Shown here piece by piece: positions 55,124 to 64,000 of a DNA stretch of 64,000 nucleotides; positions within the stretch are counted from its first letter, which is position 1; each line of letters starts with the position of its first letter. Under the pieces are notes generated by a model that saw only the letters and a list, made by a program, of their open reading frames with translations, was not told where the DNA came from and did not search any database. Source of the DNA: an uncultured Variovorax sp. (GTDB lineage: Bacteria; Pseudomonadota; Gammaproteobacteria; Burkholderiales; Burkholderiaceae_C); the NCBI GenBank assembly GCA_966211435.1, contig CBIHOG010000021.1:6353-70352 (forward strand), in the 5' to 3' direction. Both the position numbers and the translations under genes were made by a program.

Positions 55124-57172
55124 TCAGGCCGGCTGCGGCTCCGCCATGCCCTGGTGCCGCAGCAGCGCATCGAGCTGGGGCTCGCGGCCCCGGAAGGCCT
55201 TGAAGGAGTCCATCGCGCTGCGGCTGCCACCCGCCTCCAGGATGGCCTGGCGGTACTTGCGGCCGGTCTCGATGCTCGGCTCGCCGTTGGCGCCCGCGGT
55301 CTCCTCGAAGGCCGCATAGGCGTCGGCGCTCAGCACCTCGGCCCACTTGTAGCTGTAGTAGCCGGCCGCGTAGCCGCCCGAGAAGATGTGGCTGAAGGTA
55401 TTCGGCGTGCGGCTGAAGGGCGGAGAAGGCATGACCGCGATCTCCTCGCGCACTTTGCCCAGGAGAGCCATCACGTCGCCCGGCTGGGCGGTGGCAGCGT
55501 CGTACTCGGTGTGCAGCAGCATGTCGAAGAGCGAGAACTCGATCTGGCGCAGCGTCTGCAGGCCGCTCTGGAAGTTCTTGGCTGCCGTCATCTTGTCGAA
55601 CAAGGCGCGCGGCAGCGGCTCGCCGGTGTCCACGTGCGAGGTCATGTGGCGCAGGACATCCCATTCCCAGCAGAAGTTCTCCATGAACTGGCTCGGCAGT
55701 TCCACCGCGTCCCATTCGACGCCGCTGATGCCGGAGACATCGCGCTCGTTGATCTGGGTCAGCATGTGGTGCAGGCCGTGGCCGAACTCGTGGAAGAGCG
55801 TGGTCACGTCGTCGTGCGTGAGCAGCGGCGGCTTGCCGTCGACGCCATCGGCGAAGTTGCAGACGAGTTGCGCGACCGGGGTCTGCAGCGTGCCGTTGTC
55901 AGGGCGCAGCCAGCGGGCGCGCACGTCGTCCATCCAGGCCCCGCCACGCTTCGCCGCGCGGGCGGAAGGGTCGAGGTAGAACTGGCCGACCTTCTGGCCG
56001 GCGCGCTCGATGCGGTAGAACTCCACGCTCGGGTGCCACACCGGCGCGGTGTCGCGGCGGATGGAGACTTCGAACAGCGTCTCGACGATCTTGAACAGGC
56101 CCGCCATGACCTTCGGCGCGGTGAAGTACTGCTTGACCTCCTGCTCGCTGAAGGCGTAGCGCGCTTCCTTGAGCTTCTCGCCGATGTAGCTCCAGTCCCA
56201 GGGCTGCGGGTCAAGGATGCCGAGTTGCTCCGACGCGAAGGCGCGCAGGTCGGCGAGGTCGCGCTCGCCGTAGGGCTTGGCCTTGGTGCCCAGGTCGCGC
56301 AGGAACTTGACGACCTGGCCGGCGGATTCCGCCATCTTCGGCACGATCGACAGCTCGCCGAAATTGGGATACCCCAGCAACTTCGCTTCTTCCTGACGCA
56401 GCGCGAGAATCTCGCGGATCAGTCCGGTGTTGTCGAAGGCCGGGTCGCCGAACTCGCTGGCGCGCGTGACGTAGGCGCGGTAGAGCGTCTCGCGCAATGC
56501 GCTGCTCTTCGCGAACTGCATCACTGGCAGGTAGGACGGCATCTTCAACGTGAGCTTGTAGCCTTCCTTGCCGTCCGCCTCGGCCGCGCTGCGCGCCGCG
56601 CTGATGACGTCCTCGGGCAGGCCTTCCAGCTCGCCGAGCTGTGCGTAGTGCGCGAAGGCATCGGTCGCGTCGAGCGCGTTCTCGCTGAACTTCTGGCTTA
56701 GTTCGGCCTGGCGCTCCTGGATCTCCGCGAAGCGCTTCTTCGCCTCGCCCTGAAGTTCCGCGCCGCCGAGCACGAAGTTGCGCACCGCGTTGCGGTGCGC
56801 CTGGCGCTGCTCCGGGTTCAGCTTCGCCGCGTCGATGGCCTTGTACTTCGCGTACAGCCGCTCGTCGGAGCCCAGGCGCGTCCAGAACGCCGTGACGCGG
56901 GGCATCGCCTCGTTGTAGGCGGCGCGCAGTTCCGGGGTGTCGGCGACCGCGTTGAGGTGACCGATCGCGCCCCATGCGCGGCTGAAGCGCTCCGAGGCAA
57001 CATCCAGCACCTTCGCGATGGCGGTCCAGTCGGCCGGGAAATCCGGCGCTGTCACCGTCTGCAGTGCCGTCTCGGCCTCGGCCAGCAGGGTGTCGACGGC
57101 GGGCGCCACATGCTCGGGCTTGATCTGGTCGAACAGCGGGAGGTCGTTGAAGTCGAGGAGCGGATTGGTCAT
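55124..57172 (-). CDS. prlC: Oligopeptidase A (M3 family)
   Basis: FHEFGHGLH, ELPSQFME, GYAAGYYSYKWAE. Confidence 0.95.
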   Translation of the reverse strand: MTNPLLDFNDLPLFDQIKPEHVAPAVDTLLAEAETALQTVTAPDFPADWTAIAKVLDVASERFSRAWGAIGHLNAVADTPELRAAYNEAMPRVTAFWTRLGSDERLYAKYKAIDAAKLNPEQRQAHRNAVRNFVLGGAELQGEAKKRFAEIQERQAELSQKFSENALDATDAFAHYAQLGELEGLPEDVISAARSAAEADGKEGYKLTLKMPSYLPVMQFAKSSALRETLYRAYVTRASEFGDPAFDNTGLIREILALRQEEAKLLGYPNFGELSIVPKMAESAGQVVKFLRDLGTKAKPYGERDLADLRAFASEQLGILDPQPWDWSYIGEKLKEARYAFSEQEVKQYFTAPKVMAGLFKIVETLFEVSIRRDTAPVWHPSVEFYRIERAGQKVGQFYLDPSARAAKRGGAWMDDVRARWLRPDNGTLQTPVAQLVCNFADGVDGKPPLLTHDDVTTLFHEFGHGLHHMLTQINERDVSGISGVEWDAVELPSQFMENFCWEWDVLRHMTSHVDTGEPLPRALFDKMTAAKNFQSGLQTLRQIEFSLFDMLLHTEYDAATAQPGDVMALLGKVREEIAVMPSPPFSRTPNTFSHIFSGGYAAGYYSYKWAEVLSADAYAAFEETAGANGEPSIETGRKYRQAILEAGGSRSAMDSFKAFRGREPQLDALLRHQGMAEPQPA

Positions 57173-57206
57173 GGTCTTGTTCAGATGGCGGACGGAGTGC
57201 GCGAGT

Positions 57207-58061
57207 TCAAGTGGCGGTGGCCCTTTCGGCCGCCTCGAGGGTGTTGACCAGCAACATGGTGATCGTCATCGGGCCGACGCCGCCGGGCACGGGGGTGATC
57301 CAGCCGGCGACCTCGCGGACGCCCGCGAAATCGACGTCGCCGCAGAGCTTGCCTTCGTCGTTGCGGTTCATGCCCACGTCGATGACGACCGCGCCGGGCT
57401 TGACCATGCCGGCCGTGAGTACATTGCGCTTGCCGACCGCGGCGACGACCACGTCGGCCTGGCGGGTGAAGGCGCCGAGGTCGGGCGTGGCGCTGTGGCA
57501 GATGGTGACGGTCGCGTTCTTCGCCAGCAGCATCAGCGCCATCGGCTTGCCCACGATGTTGCTGCGGCCGATGACGACGGCATGCTTGCCGCGCAGCTCG
57601 TAGCCAATGGATTCGAGCATCTTCATGCAGCCATAGGGCGTGCAGGGCCAGAAGCCGGGCGAGCCGGTCATCAGCGCGCCGGCGCTGGCCACGTGGAAGC
57701 CGTCGACGTCCTTGGCGGGCGCGATCGCCTCGATGACTTTCTGCGCGTCTATGTGCGGCGGCAGCGGCAACTGCACCAGGATGCCATGGATGGCCGGATC
57801 CTTGTTGAGCGCATCGACGCGGGCGAGCAGGGCGGACTCGCTGAGCTCGGCGGGGTGCTTTTCCAGCAACGAGTGCAGGCCGTTGTCCTCGCAGGCCTTG
57901 ACCTTGTTGCGCACATAGACCTGGCTGGCCGGGTTTTCGCCGACCAGCACCACGGCCAGGCCTGGAACCACGCCCCGCGCCCTGAGCGCCGCCGCGCGGA
58001 CCGCCACATCGGCACGCAGCGTCTTGGAGAGCGCGTTCCCATCGATCAGTTGAGCTGTCAT
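57207..58061 (-). CDS. folD: Methylenetetrahydrofolate dehydrogenase/cyclohydrolase
   Basis: [44 protein letters not shown]. Confidence 0.97.
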   Translation of the reverse strand: MTAQLIDGNALSKTLRADVAVRAAALRARGVVPGLAVVLVGENPASQVYVRNKVKACEDNGLHSLLEKHPAELSESALLARVDALNKDPAIHGILVQLPLPPHIDAQKVIEAIAPAKDVDGFHVASAGALMTGSPGFWPCTPYGCMKMLESIGYELRGKHAVVIGRSNIVGKPMALMLLAKNATVTICHSATPDLGAFTRQADVVVAAVGKRNVLTAGMVKPGAVVIDVGMNRNDEGKLCGDVDFAGVREVAGWITPVPGGVGPMTITMLLVNTLEAAERATAT

Positions 58062-58080
58062 CGTTTTCGATTTTCCAAGT

Positions 58081-58104
58081 AAAAACGCCCGCTTGCGCAG
58101 GCGT
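58081..58104 (-). terminator. Intrinsic terminator after the response regulator, 19 nt before the folD start
   Basis: Minus strand ACGCCTGC-GCAA-GCGGGCG-TTTTT. Confidence 0.65.
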
Positions 58105-58137
58105 GAAGGCTGAATGTCGCTATGACGGGGATAGGCG

Positions 58138-58764
58138 CTAGGCCTTGGCCGGCTGCTGCCCGAGCGCGATCTTGAGCAGGTCGGCCACCGTGTTGGCGTT
58201 GAGCTTTTCCATGATGTTGGCGCGATGCGCCTCCACCGTCTTGATGCTGATGCCGAGATCGTCGGCGATCTGCTTGTTGAGGCGGCCGGCGACGATGCGT
58301 TCGAGCACTTGCGCCTCGCGGCCGGTGAGCTTGGACAGCAGCGCGTCGCGGCTGGCGGATTGCTGGTGCTGCGCGAAGGCGCCGCGCGCATGTTCGAGCA
58401 TGCGTTCGACCAGCGCGACCAGGGCTTCGTCGTTGAATGGCTTCTGGATGAAGTCCATCGCGCCCTTCTTCATGCTGTCCACCGCCATCGGCACGTCGCC
58501 GTGGCCGGTGATGACCACGATCGGCAGCGGCGAGCGGCGCTCGATCAGCCGGTCCTGCAACTCGATGCCGGACATGCCGCCCATGCGGATGTCGACGATC
58601 AGGCAGGCGACTTCGCGCGGGTCGTAGCGGGAGAGAAAGGACTCGGCGGAATCGAAGCAGCGGACCCGGTAGTCCTTGCCTTCGAGCAGCCATTGCAACG
58701 AATCGCGGACGGCCTCGTCATCGTCGACGACATAGACCGTGCCCTTCTTGGGAATCAAACTCAT
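58138..58764 (-). CDS. FixJ/LuxR-type response regulator
   Basis: [50 protein letters not shown]. Confidence 0.94.
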   Translation of the reverse strand: MSLIPKKGTVYVVDDDEAVRDSLQWLLEGKDYRVRCFDSAESFLSRYDPREVACLIVDIRMGGMSGIELQDRLIERRSPLPIVVITGHGDVPMAVDSMKKGAMDFIQKPFNDEALVALVERMLEHARGAFAQHQQSASRDALLSKLTGREAQVLERIVAGRLNKQIADDLGISIKTVEAHRANIMEKLNANTVADLLKIALGQQPAKA

Positions 58765-61304
58765 GCGGGTACCTTCGCCTCGTTGCTTGCTACGGAATCG
58801 ATAGCGTCCAACACCGGAATCCAGAAGGAAAAACGGCATCCGACCACGTCCGGGCCATTGTAGATGTTCTCCGCCTGCATCCTGCCCCTGTGCGACTCCA
58901 CGATGGTGCGGCACAGGTTGAGCCCGATGCCCATGCCCTCCGGCTTGGTGGAGAAGAAGGCTTCGTAGAGCCGGTCCATCACTTCGGGCGCGAGGCCCAT
59001 GCCCGTGTCCTGCACCGAAAACTCGACCGCGTTCTGCCCGTCGATCACCTTCGGCAGCACGCGCAGCTCGACACTGCGTCGCGCCAGCGGCCGGTTGGCG
59101 AGGTCGATGGATTCGGCCGCGTTCTTCAGCAGGTTGACCATCACCTGCTCGATCAGGATCGGATCGACCCGCACCACCGGCAGCCGCGCCGCCACGTAGT
59201 GGTTGAGGCGCACATTGCGGCGCCGCAGCTCGATGCCCGCGAGCTCGACCGCCTCGCTCACCATCGTCGCGACCTCGGAGGGCGTGCGATTGGGCTCGCT
59301 GCGCTTCACGAAGGAGCGGATGCGCTGGATGATCTGGCCCGCGCGCTGCGCCTGCTTGGCGGTCTTGTCCAGCGCGGCGAGGAGCGCGTCGGAGTCGATC
59401 TGCTGGCCGCGGATGCGCGACATCATCCCGTTGCAGTAGTTGGTGATGGCGGTCAACGGCTGGTTGAGCTCGTGCGCGACGCTGGAGGCCATCTCGCCCA
59501 TGGTGATGAGCCGGCTCGCGGCCTGTGCGCGGTCGGCCTGCGCGGCGGAGAGGTCTTCCGCGTCGCGCCGCGGCGTGATGTCGGTCGCGATGACAAGTTG
59601 GGCGAGGCGGCCGTCGACCCATGTCAGGTAGCGCGAACGCACCTCGAGCCACTTTCCCAGTTCCGGCACGAAGATCTCGTTGTTGGCCGGCTGCGCCGCG
59701 GTCAACTGGTCGATCGGCAAGCCCGCGAAGGGGTCGACGTCGTCCAGCGCCTCGTCGCGCGCATGCGAGGCCGGCACGCCGGCCTGCGCCACCATGCCGA
59801 GATGGCCGACGGTATTGGACCCGAACCAGAGGCGGTACAGCTTGTTGGCGAAGAGCAGTTCCTCGCTGCCGAGCGGCGCCACCGACACCGATGCATCCAG
59901 CGCTTCCAGCACCGTGGTGAAGCGTTCGTAGGACGCTGAAAGTTGTTCGCGGATGCGCGTCGGCTCGGTGATGTCCGTCATCGAGGTCATCCATCCGGTC
60001 TGGTGGCCCCGTGCGTCGATCAATGGCGAGACATAGAGGCGGGCGTTGAACACGCTGCCGTTCTTGCGCTTCACTCGCACCTGGAAGCCGCCGGGCAGGG
60101 CGCGGCCGTGCAACTCTTCCTCCAGCCGCTCGTTCATGATTTCGCGGTCGGATTCGAGCCAGTACGGGAAGGGCGGCGTCTGGCCGACCAACTCTTCCTC
60201 GTCCCAGCCCGTCATCGCGCAGAAGGCGGCGTTGACGTAGGTGATGCGGCCTTCGAGGTCCAGCACGCGCATGCCGGTGAGCATGGAATTCTCCATCGCG
60301 CGGCGGAAGTTCGTCTCCGCGACCAGTGCCTGCTGCGCCTGCAGCCGGCGGCGCGTATGGCGCCAGGTGCCGATCAGCATCCAACTCGTCAGCACGCTGA
60401 GCGCGCCCACCAGCCAGAAGAGCCCGTTGCCGACCACGCCCTGGGAGGTGCGGTAGGCCTGGGCGCGCAGGATCAGCGCATTGCCGACAGGCGACACCGG
60501 CACTTCGTACTCGTTGGTGCGCGCCATCCACGGCAGCAGCCGGGTGCCTGTCTCGCGCGGGCTGGCGACGGTGTTGCCGGCGATCAGCCCGCCCTTGGCA
60601 TCGAGCAGCGACACCGCGTAGCGCGCCGAGACTTCGGCAGGCATGCCGTAGCGCAGGAGGCCGTCGACCGAGAATTCGCCCAGCACCATGCCCGCGAAAA
60701 GGCCCTGGTCGAAGAAAGGAACGTGCAGTTGCAGCATCGCCGGCGGGTCGCCGCCGGCCAAGGGCTGCGAGAAGACCGGCTGGCGCAGCTCGCGCGCGAG
60801 CGCGTAGTTGCTCTCGATGTCGCCGGGCCGCAGGACTTCGCCCACCGCGTGCTGCTGCGCCGGATGGACGCTGGGCGCCGCGTAGCCGGCCTTGAATCGA
60901 CGGCGGTCGTCGATCCAGCTGATGGCCTGGAGTTCGGGGAACTGGCTGACCAGCGACTCCGCCCGGCTCGTGAACTCGGTCGCGTCGATCTCGCGATTGG
61001 AGGCATCGCGCGCCAGGCGCATGAGCTGTTCCTGCCGCTCCAGCAGGCGCAGACGAACGCGCTGCTGGCCGTATTCCACGTCGCGCTTCACCGACTCCTG
61101 CACGCGCTCCATCTCTTCCGCGCGCAGATACCAGAAGGCCGACACGATGGCCGCCAGGAACAACAACACCGCCGCCAACGGCGCGAGCATCGCGACCGCG
61201 TCCTGCAGCACCGGTGTCTGCCGGCGCCACCAGCGGCGCCACCAGGACAGCGGCGACGCGTTGACGGCGCTGCGCGCCACCGCGATCGGGGAGGAGAAGG
61301 GCAT
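58761..61304 (-). CDS. Membrane PAS-domain sensor histidine kinase (FixL-like)
   Basis: Two TM segments, PAS (YVNAAFCAMTG), AHELNQPL, NLLKNA, DTG, GMGIGL. Confidence 0.93.
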   Translation of the reverse strand: MPFSSPIAVARSAVNASPLSWWRRWWRRQTPVLQDAVAMLAPLAAVLLFLAAIVSAFWYLRAEEMERVQESVKRDVEYGQQRVRLRLLERQEQLMRLARDASNREIDATEFTSRAESLVSQFPELQAISWIDDRRRFKAGYAAPSVHPAQQHAVGEVLRPGDIESNYALARELRQPVFSQPLAGGDPPAMLQLHVPFFDQGLFAGMVLGEFSVDGLLRYGMPAEVSARYAVSLLDAKGGLIAGNTVASPRETGTRLLPWMARTNEYEVPVSPVGNALILRAQAYRTSQGVVGNGLFWLVGALSVLTSWMLIGTWRHTRRRLQAQQALVAETNFRRAMENSMLTGMRVLDLEGRITYVNAAFCAMTGWDEEELVGQTPPFPYWLESDREIMNERLEEELHGRALPGGFQVRVKRKNGSVFNARLYVSPLIDARGHQTGWMTSMTDITEPTRIREQLSASYERFTTVLEALDASVSVAPLGSEELLFANKLYRLWFGSNTVGHLGMVAQAGVPASHARDEALDDVDPFAGLPIDQLTAAQPANNEIFVPELGKWLEVRSRYLTWVDGRLAQLVIATDITPRRDAEDLSAAQADRAQAASRLITMGEMASSVAHELNQPLTAITNYCNGMMSRIRGQQIDSDALLAALDKTAKQAQRAGQIIQRIRSFVKRSEPNRTPSEVATMVSEAVELAGIELRRRNVRLNHYVAARLPVVRVDPILIEQVMVNLLKNAAESIDLANRPLARRSVELRVLPKVIDGQNAVEFSVQDTGMGLAPEVMDRLYEAFFSTKPEGMGIGLNLCRTIVESHRGRMQAENIYNGPDVVGCRFSFWIPVLDAIDSVASNEAKVPA

Positions 61305-61364
61305 TGGACGAGTTTAGGTGAAGGTCTTCTCTTCGACGCTGCGCCGCGCGATCCTCGGTAGTGA

Positions 61365-61379
61365 TTTCATATTAAGAAA
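61365..61379. promoter_or_regulatory. Near-palindrome TTTCATATTAAGAAA in the sensor kinase/aceE intergenic region
   Basis: AT-rich near-palindrome; possible response-regulator site. Confidence 0.4.
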
Positions 61380-61482
61380 ACGTTGAGCGCCATTTGAAAT
61401 CGCCTTATTTCTGTGCGAAACTCCCGCGCGTTGCCAAGACGGCACTAAATTACAGCCACACCGCCTCAAAAAGGAGACAAGC

Positions 61483-64000
<2,518 letters not shown>

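Noticed and set aside
58138-61242. 1034-aa ORF suggesting a hybrid kinase-regulator fusion
   Set aside because: The response regulator has its own ATG at 58764 overlapping the kinase stop; the upstream part is an off-frame reading of the kinase.

Overview
High-GC betaproteobacterial chromosome, most likely Comamonadaceae (Variovorax-like; inferred from gene content and order, not proven). About 1-28 kb is accessory DNA in three modules. (i) 1-12.1 kb: a TetR-controlled catabolic cluster of unknown substrate. It has an FAH-family enzyme, an alpha/beta hydrolase, two tandem paralogous amidohydrolases and a branched-chain-amino-acid-type ABC importer. The LivF ATPase of that importer is fused to a Tm-1-like (UPF0261) domain and is followed by the PEP-hydrolase-like TIM barrel that forms the other half of plant Tm-1. 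(ii) 14.8-25.1 kb: an envelope/lipid A remodelling island. It has an OmpR-family two-component system, PAP2, EptA, a FetAB/STAR-like ABC pair and a Bordetella lgm-like GT2/ArnT/GtrA/YdjC set. Three copies of one promoter architecture, NTT(A/C)AG-N5-NTTCA(G/T)-N10-TAnnnT, lie in front of its transcription units. (iii) 25.1-28 kb: IclR, Bug and a dioxygenase closely resembling 2,4-D TfdA, plus a decayed bug remnant. ETF-QO and an SDR lie between modules i and ii. From 28 kb onward is mostly core genome: GntR, methylmalonyl-CoA/propionyl-CoA operon with bioB, LysE, orphan RnfB, PhaZ, TyrB, UvrB, isc-hsc-fdx, dnaQ, tRNA-Val(CAC), LhgO, ElaB/YqjE, pyrD, rpiA, glutaredoxin, prlC, folD, a PAS two-component pair and the 5' part of aceE. 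No CRISPR array, IS, integrase or rRNA was recognised. All family assignments come from motif recognition and recalled sequences; no database searches were run.
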